Positions 8,604 to 21,830 of a stretch of DNA of 64,000 nt are shown one piece after another (position 1 is the stretch's first letter; the number at the start of each line of letters is the position of its first letter). Under the pieces are notes generated by a model that did no database searches, was not told the origin of the DNA, and was given only the letters and a program-made list of their open reading frames with translations. Origin of the DNA: Kofleriaceae bacterium (GTDB lineage: Bacteria > Myxococcota_A > Polyangia > Haliangiales > Haliangiaceae); NCBI GenBank assembly GCA_046597055.1, contig JBKJLC010000293.1, positions 32,001-96,000 of the forward strand, in the 5' to 3' direction. A program made the translations under genes and the position numbers.

Positions 8604-11588
8604 TCAGGGCGCGGGCAGCCGCTCGAACAGCACGACGCTCGCGGCCCAGCTGGCGGGATCGCGGGCGACGTAGGCGGCGCGCAGCGCGGCGAGCGCGACC
8701 GCGGGCGCCTCGCCGGCCGAGATCCGTCCGCGCAGCTCATCGAAGAACCGGGTCGCCTGATCGTCGGGGATGTCGACGGTCGGCGCCACCACCGCGCGCG
8801 CGCCGGCCTCGACGAACGCATCGGGCAGGCTCCACCGCTTGTGGAGGAAGGGCGCGACCTCGGCGGCGCGACACGCCGCCAGCACGATCACCGGGGCGGC
8901 CGCAAACCGGGCCCGGCGCACCGCCGCCGCGGTCAGCGCCCAGCCACCATCGGCGCCCGGCGACAGCGCGAGGAACGACGCGTCGGCGATGCCGAGGTCG
9001 ACCTTGCCGTGGACGTGCAGCTCGGCGTAGGTCGCGGTGGCCAGCTCGGCGAGCACCCGCGCCGGGGTCGCGTCGGCGCCGCGCAGGGCGATCGCGCCGG
9101 GCGACGCTGGCCGGGGCGCGAGCGCGGGCAGCCCCAGCGCCGGCGGCGGCACCGCGTCGCCGACCACGAGCTCGCGCGGCGCGGCCGCGGTCGCACCCGC
9201 GGCCAACCGCCCCGACGCCCCGGCGACGAACGCCCACGGCAGCTCGACCGGCAGCAGCCCGGCGTGGCCGTGCACCGGCGGTCGCGCGAACACCGCCACC
9301 GACCGGCAGCCGCGCAGCGCCGCCCGCAGCGCCGCGGGCACCAGCGTGGCGTCGTCCCACGCGACCGCGGTGCCGACCTCGGTGTACGCGCCGGTCGCCG
9401 CGCCGTCGGGGCCACGCACGGCGGCGGTGCCGCGGGTGTCGTCGACGCTCACCGCCAGCGCGCACTGCGCCGGCGCCGCCACCCCCAGCTCGCCGGCGAC
9501 CGTGGTCACGACCTCGGCCCACGCACCGCGCCGGCCGGCGTCGTCGACCATCGTCGCGTAGATCCATCCGCGCTGCACGTCGTCGCCGTCGCGGGTCGCC
9601 GCCTGCGCCAGCTGGCGCAGGCGCGCCACCGCGCCCGGGTCCCGCTCGAGGTCGAGGCGCGCGCGCGCGACCTCGCGGGTCAGCCGCACCGCCGGATCGT
9701 CGACCTCCGCGGCCGCCGCCAGCCACAGCTCGGCCCGGGCCCGGTCGGCCGGGCTGCCCGACATGCGCGCGCGATCGACGAACGCGATCAGCTCGAGCGG
9801 GGCCGGATCGACCCCGCAGTCGCGCGGGCCCGGCAGCTCGACCGGGAGCGGCGCCGCGCTGGTGTAGATGTCGGTGAGCGCCAGGCCGATCGTCGCGAAC
9901 CGCGCGGTCGCGCAGACATCGCCGGCGCGGGCGCGCACCTCGGCGAACGTGGCCTGCGCCAGCGCCACTCGATCGCGGCCGCGCTGGTACTCGGCCAGCA
10001 GCCCGAGCGCGTGATCCTCGAGCGAGGGCGCGCCCGCCGCCGCGAAGTCGCGGACCGCGATCACCGCGTGCTCCTCGGCCTCGGGGAAGCGCGCGACCTC
10101 GCCGTAGAGCTGCGCCAGGTCGAGCGCCAGCGCGCCGCACCGGTGCGCCCAGGCCCGGGCGTCGCACCCGGCGAGCCCCGCGCGCAGGTGGGTCTCCGCG
10201 CGATCATCATCGCCGCGGTCGCGCATGTGCCGGGCCTGCTCGCGCACGGCGAGGAGCCCGAACCACGGGTCACCGGTGGCGACGGCGAGCCGGGTGAGGT
10301 CGGCCAGCCGGGTCTGGCTGGCGCCGGTCAGCATGATCGCGCCGAGCAGGAGGTCGGCCACCGCGGGCCCGGCCCGGTCGAGCCTCGCGACCAGCGCGGC
10401 ACCGTCGGCCGGCTGCGCGCGGCCGCGCGCCAGCTCGCGGTAGGCGCCCGCCAAGGGCGCGCGCGTCTGGAAGCTGGCGGCGGCCACGCGGTCGACCGCC
10501 CGCCGCGCGGCGTTGGTGCCGGCCAGGCGGTCGAGCTCGTCGGCGAGCGGGCCCAGCGCGAGCGCCTGGTCCCGGCTGATCGCGGCCCGGAGCGCGTCGT
10601 GGAAGTAGAGGCGGGTCAGCCCCGGCCGCTGCCGGGCGTGCTCGGCGGTGAGCGGCGGACCGGTGCGGTCGATCATCGCCTGGGCGGCGGCGTTGAACGC
10701 GAGCAGCCCCTCCGCGCGCCGGAGCATGGGCGCGCGCAGGCTCTGCGCCCGCGCCCGCGCCTCGTCGGACCAGCCCGGCTCGCCAGCGGCGGCGACCTGG
10801 TCGAGCTCACCGGCGGCGGTCAACGCCAGGCCCAGCTCGCGCAGCGCGAGCCCGCGGTTCCAGCGCGCCGCCACCAGCGTCGGCGCGGCGGCCAGCGCGC
10901 GATCGGCGGCCGCCAGCGCATCCTCGGGACGACCGGCCAGCACCGCGAGCGCGGCCAGATCGGCGTCGCGCGCGGGTGCCGGCGGCATCGCCTCGAGCAC
11001 CTGGCGAGCGCGGGCCAGCTCGCCGCTGGCCGCGTGCGCCGCCAGCAAGCTCGCGCGATCGCCGCGGCGTTCGAGATCGGCGAGCACCTGCAGCGACACG
11101 GCTTCGTGGCTGGCCTGGCTGCGGCTGACCACGTAGGGCCGGTGCCGCGCGAACGGCTCGGCGGTGAACCGGACCTCGACCGCGCGCTGCTCGGCGAGCG
11201 CGAGCGCCAGCGCGGGCGCCTCCACGAACGCGGGCGCCTTGCCCACCGCGGGCTCACGGCCAACCCGGCCCACCAGCAACACGCCCGCCGCCGCCGCCAG
11301 CGCCACCCCGACCAGCGGGACCGCCCGGCGCCAGCGGCCGCTCGCCGCGCGCGGCGCTGGCCGCGTCACGATCGAGGCCGCCGGCGCCATCGCGGCCTTG
11401 CCGGCGAGCACGGTGTCGAGCCCGACCAGATCGCCGAGCTCGTGCTGACAGCGGGTGCAGGTCGCGAGGTGGCGCAGCGCCGCGGCCTCCTGGTCGGGCC
11501 GCAGCTCGCCGTCGAAGTAGCGCGCGACCTGCGCGTGCGGATCGGCGATCGGTTCGCTCATTGGATCGCTCCCGGATCGGTCACTCAT
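8604..11588 (-). CDS. zf-HC2 anti-sigma-like N-terminus, TM, TPR-like region and C-terminal CHAT (caspase-like) domain
   Basis: HLATCTRC near N-terminus; LHVHG and VIVLAAC in the C-terminus; AFVEAGARAVVA. Confidence 0.8.
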   Translation of the reverse strand: MSDRSGSDPMSEPIADPHAQVARYFDGELRPDQEAAALRHLATCTRCQHELGDLVGLDTVLAGKAAMAPAASIVTRPAPRAASGRWRRAVPLVGVALAAAAGVLLVGRVGREPAVGKAPAFVEAPALALALAEQRAVEVRFTAEPFARHRPYVVSRSQASHEAVSLQVLADLERRGDRASLLAAHAASGELARARQVLEAMPPAPARDADLAALAVLAGRPEDALAAADRALAAAPTLVAARWNRGLALRELGLALTAAGELDQVAAAGEPGWSDEARARAQSLRAPMLRRAEGLLAFNAAAQAMIDRTGPPLTAEHARQRPGLTRLYFHDALRAAISRDQALALGPLADELDRLAGTNAARRAVDRVAAASFQTRAPLAGAYRELARGRAQPADGAALVARLDRAGPAVADLLLGAIMLTGASQTRLADLTRLAVATGDPWFGLLAVREQARHMRDRGDDDRAETHLRAGLAGCDARAWAHRCGALALDLAQLYGEVARFPEAEEHAVIAVRDFAAAGAPSLEDHALGLLAEYQRGRDRVALAQATFAEVRARAGDVCATARFATIGLALTDIYTSAAPLPVELPGPRDCGVDPAPLELIAFVDRARMSGSPADRARAELWLAAAAEVDDPAVRLTREVARARLDLERDPGAVARLRQLAQAATRDGDDVQRGWIYATMVDDAGRRGAWAEVVTTVAGELGVAAPAQCALAVSVDDTRGTAAVRGPDGAATGAYTEVGTAVAWDDATLVPAALRAALRGCRSVAVFARPPVHGHAGLLPVELPWAFVAGASGRLAAGATAAAPRELVVGDAVPPPALGLPALAPRPASPGAIALRGADATPARVLAELATATYAELHVHGKVDLGIADASFLALSPGADGGWALTAAAVRRARFAAAPVIVLAACRAAEVAPFLHKRWSLPDAFVEAGARAVVAPTVDIPDDQATRFFDELRGRISAGEAPAVALAALRAAYVARDPASWAASVVLFERLPAP

Positions 11589-12147
11589 CGCCCTGCCCTC
11601 CGCCGAGGGTCGCGCGGAGCCGACGCCGCGCGCGCAGCACCCGGGTCCCGACCGTCGCGATCGGCACGCCCAGCTCGTCGGCGATCTCCTGGTACGACCG
11701 GCCGTCGAAGGCGAACCGCTCGAACGCGAGCCGCAGCTCGGCGGGCAGCCCGGGGAGCGCCGCGCGCACGTCCTCGGTGCTGAGCGACTCCCACCAGGCG
11801 CGGTCGTCGGGCGGCGCGGTCACCGGCATGCGATCGTCGAGCTCGGTGGTCGGCACCTCGCGCTTGCGGACCCGGTCGATGAAGAGGTTGTGCATCACCC
11901 GAGCCATCCAGGCGGCGTGGTTGACGTCGGGCGGCAGCCGATCGTGGTGGGCCACCGCCTTGAGGAGCACGTCCTGCACGAGGTCATCGGCGTCGAACCC
12001 GGACCGGCACAGCTTGCGGGCCAGGCCGGTGAGAAAGGCGCGGTGGGCCCGGGCGAGCTCCTCGAGGCGTCGGCGATCGCGGGCGGCATCCAGCGACGTA
12101 ACGGACGCGCGGTCGGTTTCTTCCTGGGGCGCCTCGGAATTCCGCAT
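11581..12147 (-). CDS. ECF sigma-70 factor
   Basis: DADDLVQDVLLKA, AWMARVMHNLFID, SYQEIADELGVPIATVGTRVLRAR. Confidence 0.93.
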   Translation of the reverse strand: MRNSEAPQEETDRASVTSLDAARDRRRLEELARAHRAFLTGLARKLCRSGFDADDLVQDVLLKAVAHHDRLPPDVNHAAWMARVMHNLFIDRVRKREVPTTELDDRMPVTAPPDDRAWWESLSTEDVRAALPGLPAELRLAFERFAFDGRSYQEIADELGVPIATVGTRVLRARRRLRATLGGGQGDE

Positions 12148-12305
12148 CAAATCGTCTGGATCCTGACCGCCCCAGCATAGACGGCCCGGGCGGGAACCGC
12201 CGCATCCGAACGCCACGTGCCCGGGTCTCCCGAGGAGAGCACGGACTTACCATCCCGTGCCGGGACCTCGGGACCGCGCCCGGCAGGTAAGGGCCCGACT
12301 TCGCC

Positions 12306-12938
12306 TTACCGGGCGGGGGCCGCGACCGCGTCTGCCGCGGGCGCCGCCGGCCGGCTGGCCAGGGTGTCGGCGATCGCCGGCCCGGCCTGGGCAGCGATGC
12401 GTCCCATCGCCACGCTCAGCGCGCGGGCCAGGCCCTCGGGGGTCTGCACGGTGAGCGGCTCGACCTCCTCGTACTGCTCGGTCCACAGGTTGTCGCCGCT
12501 GATCACGTCGGTCAGGCGCAGCTCGACCACCACGCGACCGAGCCAGCGCCCCTTCGCCTCGTCGACCTCCTCGATCGCCGCGACCCGGCCGGTCAGCACC
12601 GCCGAGGCCTGCGGCGACGCCTCGCGCACGACCGAGCGGAAGCGGCCGCTGCGCTCGAGCGCGACCTCGAGGTAGTTCGAGATCATGACGCCGGGCGCCG
12701 CGCTCCACCGGTGATAGTCGTAATAGTCGAACCGGTACGGGTTGGTCCGATACACGATGCGCTCGTCGTCGTAGGCGGCATCGGTCGCCAGCGCCTCGAG
12801 CACCAGCACGGCCTCGCCGCCGGCGGTGCGCCCGGTGGGCGGCGACAGGTGGTAGTAGCGGGTGGTCGGCATCTTGCCGCCACAGGCCGACCCGGCGCAC
12901 GCGAGCGCCAGCGTCAACACGAGTCCGGTCGCTCTCAT
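12306..12938 (-). CDS. ABC-type transport auxiliary lipoprotein (PqiC-like)
   Basis: Lipobox SAC, TRYYHL, RW..AP; Mla operon context. Confidence 0.82.
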   Translation of the reverse strand: MRATGLVLTLALACAGSACGGKMPTTRYYHLSPPTGRTAGGEAVLVLEALATDAAYDDERIVYRTNPYRFDYYDYHRWSAAPGVMISNYLEVALERSGRFRSVVREASPQASAVLTGRVAAIEEVDEAKGRWLGRVVVELRLTDVISGDNLWTEQYEEVEPLTVQTPEGLARALSVAMGRIAAQAGPAIADTLASRPAAPAADAVAAPAR

Positions 12939-13843
12939 GGCAGCTTCCTCTCACCCGTCGGGGTCGACAGCAACAGCCGCGACGGGCGCTGGCGCAGGTC
13001 GCGCGCCAGGTCCTTGAAGCTGCGGCTGGCCTGGCGCAGGTCGAACAGCGCCGAGCCCAGGTGGGTCTGGTTGGTGCGGACCACGCCGCGCAGGTCGTCG
13101 ACGAACGCGTTGGCGTTGACGACCATCTTGGGCAGGTCGTTGGCGACCAGGCCGTTGGCGGTGACCAGCAGGGCGTTGGCGCTCTTGGTCGCCTGATCGA
13201 CCGACGCCAGCGAGGCCCGGATCATCGTCCGGTTCTCGGACACCATGCCCTGCAGCTCGGCGCTGGTCAGGGCCATGTTGGCCGACACCGCCTTGGCGTT
13301 GGCGAACAGCTCCTCGATGCTGGCGTACTGCGACGGCTTGGTGATCGCCTCGAGGTTGGCCATGACCTGGTTGGCCCGGCCCATGATCTCGGTCGACTGG
13401 TCGACGATGCCCTTGGCCTGCTGCTCGAGCTTGTCGAGCATGGTCTGGCCAGTCGGGATCACCGAGCCGGCCGCCAGCCGCGGCGACGCCGCCGAGCCGC
13501 CCCGCAGGTCGATCACCTTGAGCCCGGTGATGCCGGCCAGCGACAGGACCGCGGTGGTGTCACCGCGGATCGGCTGGCCTTCCTTGACCTCGATCGCGAC
13601 CCGCACCTTGGTGGCGTCGCCCGGCGCCAGCGTGATCGACTTGACCGAGCCGACCCGGATGCCGGCGAAGGTGACCTCGGCGCCGTCGACCAGCCCGAGC
13701 ACCGACTCGTCGAACACGATGTAGTAGCGGTCGCGGGTCTCCCACAGACGGAGGCCGCCGAACACCACCAGCACCAGCGCCAGCAGGCTGGCGGTGGCGA
13801 TCACGAACACCCCGAGCTTGATCTTCTGTGCTTTGGACGTCAT
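12935..13843 (-). CDS. MlaD/MCE family protein
   Basis: KLGVFV TM, GLVDGAEVTFAGIRVGSV, coiled-coil tail. Confidence 0.9.
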   Translation of the reverse strand: MTSKAQKIKLGVFVIATASLLALVLVVFGGLRLWETRDRYYIVFDESVLGLVDGAEVTFAGIRVGSVKSITLAPGDATKVRVAIEVKEGQPIRGDTTAVLSLAGITGLKVIDLRGGSAASPRLAAGSVIPTGQTMLDKLEQQAKGIVDQSTEIMGRANQVMANLEAITKPSQYASIEELFANAKAVSANMALTSAELQGMVSENRTMIRASLASVDQATKSANALLVTANGLVANDLPKMVVNANAFVDDLRGVVRTNQTHLGSALFDLRQASRSFKDLARDLRQRPSRLLLSTPTGERKLP

Positions 13844-13850
13844 GGGAACC

Positions 13851-14651
13851 TCACGCGGGCACGACGGAGCGCGCCGGCCGCCGGCGCTTCTTGTCGCCGC
13901 GGTCCACGGCGATACGGTGGAAGAAGTTGTAGACGGTCTCGTCGGTCGACGCCGACAGCTCGGGGATGGTGCCGGTGGCGCAGATCACACCGTCGGCCAG
14001 CATCACCGCGCGGTCGGCGATGGTCCGGATGCTCTCGAGCTCGTGGGTCACCGCGACGATCGAGATGCCGAAGATCTTGCGGAACTGCAGGAGGGTCTCG
14101 TCGATGCCGGCCGCCACCACCGGGTCGAGCCCGGCCGAGGGCTCGTCGCAGAAGATGATCTCGGGGTCGAGGATCGACGCCCGCGCCAGCGCCGCGCGCT
14201 TGCGCTGGCCGCCCGACATCTGCGACGGGTAGCGCTGCTCGAGCCCGCCCAGCCCGACCACCGCCAGCTTCATCATCGCCATCTCCTTGATGATCGAGTC
14301 GGGTAACGAGGTGCACTCGCGCAGCGGCAGCGCCACGTTCTCGAGCACGGTGGTCGCACCGAACAGCGCGTCCTGCTGGAACAGCATGCCGGTGCGGCGC
14401 AGCAGCTGATCGCGCTGCTCGTCGGGGATGCCGTAGAGCGGCTGGCCGAGCAGGAACACCTCGCCCGACAGCGGCGGCAACAGGCCGGTGATCGTGCGCA
14501 GCAGGGTCGACTTGCCGCAGCCCGACGAGCCGAGCAGGGTGACGATCTCGCCCTGCTCGATCCGCAGGTCGACGCCCTCGAGCACCGGCGACCCCGGGTC
14601 GTAGCCGACCACGACGTCCTTGCAGTGGACCAGCGGGTAGTCGGTGGTCAC
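13851..14651 (-). CDS. ABC ATPase, MlaF-like
   Basis: GSSGCGKS, MSGGQRKR, FCDEPSAGLDP; GTG start overlapping the permease stop. Confidence 0.92.
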   Translation of the reverse strand: MTTDYPLVHCKDVVVGYDPGSPVLEGVDLRIEQGEIVTLLGSSGCGKSTLLRTITGLLPPLSGEVFLLGQPLYGIPDEQRDQLLRRTGMLFQQDALFGATTVLENVALPLRECTSLPDSIIKEMAMMKLAVVGLGGLEQRYPSQMSGGQRKRAALARASILDPEIIFCDEPSAGLDPVVAAGIDETLLQFRKIFGISIVAVTHELESIRTIADRAVMLADGVICATGTIPELSASTDETVYNFFHRIAVDRGDKKRRRPARSVVPA

Positions 14652-15802
14652 GCGCCCCCCGAGGCGGTCAGCGTGGTGATGGTGGCGAACGCGGCGTCGA
14701 CCACGATGACGAGGAAGATGCACACCACCACGGTCTTGGTGGTCGAGGTGCCGACGCTGCTGGCGTCGCCGCCGGCGCCCAGGCCCATGTAGCTGCCGGT
14801 GAAGCCGATGATCCAGGCGAACACCAGGCTCTTGCCGACGCCGTGGACGAAGTCGCCGAGCACGACCGCGTCGGTGGTGCGGCCCCAGAAGGTGAGGATC
14901 GACATGTCCATCGACATCGCGGTGACCAGCATGCCGCCGCCGATGCCGATGAACATCGCGATCAGCGCCAGCGCCGGCTGCATGATCGAGAGCGCCAGGA
15001 TCCGCGGCAGCACCAGGAACCGGACCGGGCTCACGCCCATCGCCCGCAGCGCGTCGACCTCGGCGCGCACCCGCATGGTGCCGAGCTCGGCCGCGATCGC
15101 GGCGCCGGTCCGGCCGGTCAGGATGATCGCGGTCATCATGGGGCCGAACTCGCGGACCATGGAGACGCTGACCAGGTCGGCCACGAACACGCCGGCGCCG
15201 AACTGGCGCAGCTGGACCGAGCCCTGGAACGCCATCGTCATGCCCAGCAGGAAGCTGAGCAGGCCGACGATGAAGATGCCGTCGACGCCGATCGTGACGG
15301 CCTGGTGGAACAGCGCGCCCTCGGGCAAGCGCTTGCGCCGGGTCAGCACCGCCCACGCCTCGCGGCCGGTGTCGGCGACCAGGCCCCAGAAGTCGCGGGC
15401 CTTGCCGGCGGCCATGACCATGCGGTCACCGGCGCGCTCGAAGATGCCGACGTGCTCGGGCGCCGGGGCCCGCTCGTCGCGACCGCGGCGCAGCAGCTCG
15501 AGCGCCGCCTGGTGGCGGTCGCTGAGCGCGCGAGTGTCGAAGCGCTTGCCCCGCCGCGCCATCATGCGGGTAGCGAGCGACATGACCGCGACTCCCGAGG
15601 AGTCGAGCCGGCCGGTCTCGGAGAAGTCGACGATGACCGCCTTCACCTCGCGCCGCGCGGCCACCGCCTTGAGGCGCCGGTAGAAGGACCGGGCGGTCGG
15701 GATCGTGAGATCCCCCTTCACCCGCAGGACGACGGTCGTACCGATGCCCGGGGCGTGCGACGTCTCGCCGTCGTCGCGCGATTTTCTGAGCTGGGGCATC
15801 AC
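14648..15802 (-). CDS. MlaE permease with N-terminal STAS domain
   Basis: LDSSG STAS motif; REFGPMMTAIILTGRTGAAIAAELGTM. Confidence 0.92.
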   Translation of the reverse strand: MMPQLRKSRDDGETSHAPGIGTTVVLRVKGDLTIPTARSFYRRLKAVAARREVKAVIVDFSETGRLDSSGVAVMSLATRMMARRGKRFDTRALSDRHQAALELLRRGRDERAPAPEHVGIFERAGDRMVMAAGKARDFWGLVADTGREAWAVLTRRKRLPEGALFHQAVTIGVDGIFIVGLLSFLLGMTMAFQGSVQLRQFGAGVFVADLVSVSMVREFGPMMTAIILTGRTGAAIAAELGTMRVRAEVDALRAMGVSPVRFLVLPRILALSIMQPALALIAMFIGIGGGMLVTAMSMDMSILTFWGRTTDAVVLGDFVHGVGKSLVFAWIIGFTGSYMGLGAGGDASSVGTSTTKTVVVCIFLVIVVDAAFATITTLTASGGA

Positions 15803-15950
15803 CGTCCGCTTCGTTCTGCAAGAAGCGATGCAGTAGGTTTTCCGTCGTAATCTCGAGGTGCTACGTGCGCGGTACGAGCGCCCATGTCACACCGGGCGGT
15901 TGAGACACAGCGCACCTGGACCTGAGACGTCGCCGCTCGGTCGTCCCGGA

Positions 15951-19118
<3,168 letters not shown>

Positions 19119-19144
19119 GGAGATCTCCTGCCAACCAGCCGCGG

Positions 19145-20242
19145 TTACTGGACCTTGACGCCGTCGACGACCAGCTCGTCGACGGTGGCCGCGACCCGGT
19201 CACCGACCGCCACGCCGCGCACGATCGAGAGCTTGTCGCCGGGCAGCTCGGGGCCGATCTGGACCACGCGCTCCTCGAGCCGATCCTTCACCACCACGAA
19301 CAGCCGCCAGGTCTTGCCGCGCCGGACCACCGCGGTCTTCGGCACCGCCGGCAGCGGCTTCTGGCCCAGCGTGAGGGTCGCCTCGGCGAACATGCCGGGC
19401 GTCAGCGGCGAGCCCGGGGCCAGCTGGGCCTCGGCGACCAGCGCGCGGGTGCGACCGATCTCGGTGCCGATCTTGGTGACCTTGCCAGGGTAGCTCTTGC
19501 CGGGATACGCGATCGCGGTGACCTCGACCGGCTGGCCCTGCTGGATCCGCGGCACCGACGCCTCGGGCACGCTCAGATCGACCCGCAGCGGGTCGTCGTC
19601 GACCAGCGTCACCAGCGGCACGCCGGGGCCGACCCACTCGCCGGGCGCGACGTAGCGCTCGCTGATCACGCCGGCGAACGGCGCCCGCACGATGCCGTCG
19701 TTGATCGACTTCGATGCCAGCTGGAGCTGGGCGCGGGTGGCGGCCACGGTCTGGGCCGCGGCGGTGCAGCTGGTGGTGTCGCGATCGAACTGCGAGCGGG
19801 TGATCGCGCCCTTCTCGAACAGCTGCTGCGAGCGCTTGCACTCGCCGTCGGCCAGCCGCTCCTGGGCCTGGGCCGCCGCCAGCTGGGCGCGGATCGACTG
19901 CGCCGACAGCGCCGCGTTCGAGGCGTCGAGCCGGACCAGCGGATCGCCCAGCTTCACGCGATCGCCGCGGTTGACCAGCACGGTGAGGACCTTGCCGGGC
20001 ACCGACGACGTCACCTCCGACGACTCGTCGGGCTTGACCATGCCGGTCAGGGTGAGGCGGTCGGGCGCGGGCAGGCTCTCCACGGTGGCGAGCGCGATCT
20101 TGGCGGTCGCGGCGGCCGCATCGACCTTGCCCGACCGGGCCTCCGAGCGCGTACCGCACGCGGCGGCGGTGGTGGCGAGCGCGAGGGCGAGGGTGGTGCG
20201 CAGCAACATGAGACCTCGGGAAGGCAGGCGGGCGGGGATCAT
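19145..20242 (-). CDS. RND periplasmic adaptor (MFP); start 20242 or 20209
   Basis: VRAPFAGVI, LTPGMFAE; lies between the TolC and RND genes. Confidence 0.9.
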   Translation of the reverse strand: MIPARLPSRGLMLLRTTLALALATTAAACGTRSEARSGKVDAAAATAKIALATVESLPAPDRLTLTGMVKPDESSEVTSSVPGKVLTVLVNRGDRVKLGDPLVRLDASNAALSAQSIRAQLAAAQAQERLADGECKRSQQLFEKGAITRSQFDRDTTSCTAAAQTVAATRAQLQLASKSINDGIVRAPFAGVISERYVAPGEWVGPGVPLVTLVDDDPLRVDLSVPEASVPRIQQGQPVEVTAIAYPGKSYPGKVTKIGTEIGRTRALVAEAQLAPGSPLTPGMFAEATLTLGQKPLPAVPKTAVVRRGKTWRLFVVVKDRLEERVVQIGPELPGDKLSIVRGVAVGDRVAATVDELVVDGVKVQ

Positions 20243-21657
20243 CGGACGTCGTTGCCGGTAACGTGGTGAAGGCGGGTCCGGGCGATCCGACGATCGATCA
20301 ACGCGTCGATCGATGCGATGCGGGCGCGGGTCAGCTCGGTTTCGGCGTCGACCAGCTCGAGCGCGGTGGCGCGCTCGGCCGCGAGCAGCTCCTGGCGAAC
20401 CCGGTAGCTCTCCTCGGCCGCGACCAGGCCCTGCTCGGTCGCGGCCAGCGCGGCGTCGGCGAGCAACACGGCCTGGCGGGCCGCGGTGATCTCGCCGCGG
20501 ATGCCGAGCTCGAGCCCGGCGCGATCGGCGGCCAGCGCGCGCTCCTGGGCGGCGAGCTTGGCGTCGTTCGGTCCGACGTGCAGGAAGTCGTTGAGCGACC
20601 ACGACAGCTTCGCGCCGGCCGCCCAGGTGAAGGTGAACTTGTCCTCGGCCGGGAACACCCGCTGGTTGGGGTTGTCGTAGACGCCCTGGGCGAACACGTC
20701 GAGCTGGGGGAGCCGATCGGCCCGCTCCGCCTTGCGCTGCTGGCCGAGGGCGGCCGCGGCCGCGTCGAGCGCACCCAGCTCGAGTCGCTGCTGGAGCGCG
20801 GTCCGCAGGAGCACGGCGTTCGCCGCCACCGCCTCGTCGGTCCCGGCCACGCGGACATCTTCGCCGATCACCAGCGGCTCGTCGGGGCCGGCGCCGATCG
20901 CGATCCGCAGCTGCTCGCCGCGCAGCGCGACCAGCTGGCCGACCTGCGCCACCGCCAGCTCGGCCTGCGCGCGCAGGGCCTCGAGCCGGAGCACGTCCGC
21001 CTTCGACACCCGCTGCGCCTCGGCGAGCGCGCGCACCCGATCGAGGTTGCCGGTCACCTGCACCAGCAGCCGGCCGGCGACGATCACCTGCAGCTCGGCG
21101 CGGACCCACTCGTAGTAGGCGACCCGGGCCCCGGCCGCCGCGGACAGCTCGCTGGCGTGGCGGGAGATGGTGGCGGCGGTGACCCCAAGCTCGGTCGCAC
21201 GCTTGAGCGTCGGCAAGTAGATGAACAGCTTGGTCAGCGGCATCGCGACCTGGGCGCCCAGGTGATACGAATTCTGGAAGATCGGAAACGGGATGCCCCC
21301 GCCCAGGGTGGGTGGGTCGAGGTACGACAGTCGGGTGTAGCCCGCGCTGACGGTGGTGAGCGGCACCAGGGCCACCGTGATCGACGACAGCCCGGTGCGG
21401 AGCTCCTCGACCTCGGCGGTCTTGCGGCGAACGGTCGGGCTGGCCTTCTTCGCCCGCGCGGCGGCCTGGTCGGCGGTGAGCCCGCCCGCCTGGCCGAGCA
21501 GCTTGCCAACCTCGTCGTCGAAGGAGGCGGTCGTGGTCGGTGGCGTCGGTGCCGCCGGAGCCGTGGGTGCCTGCGGCCGCGGGGCCGGGGAGCGCTGAGC
21601 GGCCGCCGGACCGGCGAACGCGGCGAGCGCGAGCGCCGCGGGGAGGAGACGTCGCAT
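20239..21657 (-). CDS. TolC family outer membrane protein
   Basis: Signal peptide, OEP-like helical repeats, ATALELVDAE. Confidence 0.88.
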   Translation of the reverse strand: MRRLLPAALALAAFAGPAAAQRSPAPRPQAPTAPAAPTPPTTTASFDDEVGKLLGQAGGLTADQAAARAKKASPTVRRKTAEVEELRTGLSSITVALVPLTTVSAGYTRLSYLDPPTLGGGIPFPIFQNSYHLGAQVAMPLTKLFIYLPTLKRATELGVTAATISRHASELSAAAGARVAYYEWVRAELQVIVAGRLLVQVTGNLDRVRALAEAQRVSKADVLRLEALRAQAELAVAQVGQLVALRGEQLRIAIGAGPDEPLVIGEDVRVAGTDEAVAANAVLLRTALQQRLELGALDAAAAALGQQRKAERADRLPQLDVFAQGVYDNPNQRVFPAEDKFTFTWAAGAKLSWSLNDFLHVGPNDAKLAAQERALAADRAGLELGIRGEITAARQAVLLADAALAATEQGLVAAEESYRVRQELLAAERATALELVDAETELTRARIASIDALIDRRIARTRLHHVTGNDVR

Positions 21658-21671
21658 GTCATGTCGGGCAA

Positions 21672-21687
21672 AGCACCGCTCGTGCCA
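21672..21687 (-). promoter_or_regulatory. Putative sigma54 -24/-12 promoter for tolC-mfp-rnd
   Basis: TGGCACG-AGCG-GTGCT with GG-N10-GC spacing; NtrC-type activator encoded divergently. Confidence 0.6.
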
Positions 21688-21830
21688 TCGCGCACCCTGG
21701 AGGTTGCGAGCGGTTATGTGCGGGCGAGCCGGGGCTGTCGGGTTCCGCTGTCGGATCGCCTTACAGCGAGTGACGGTTCAGCGTACGCCGCGACCTCGGC
21801 TGGCGCCGCCAGCTCGGCTAGCATGCCGCC

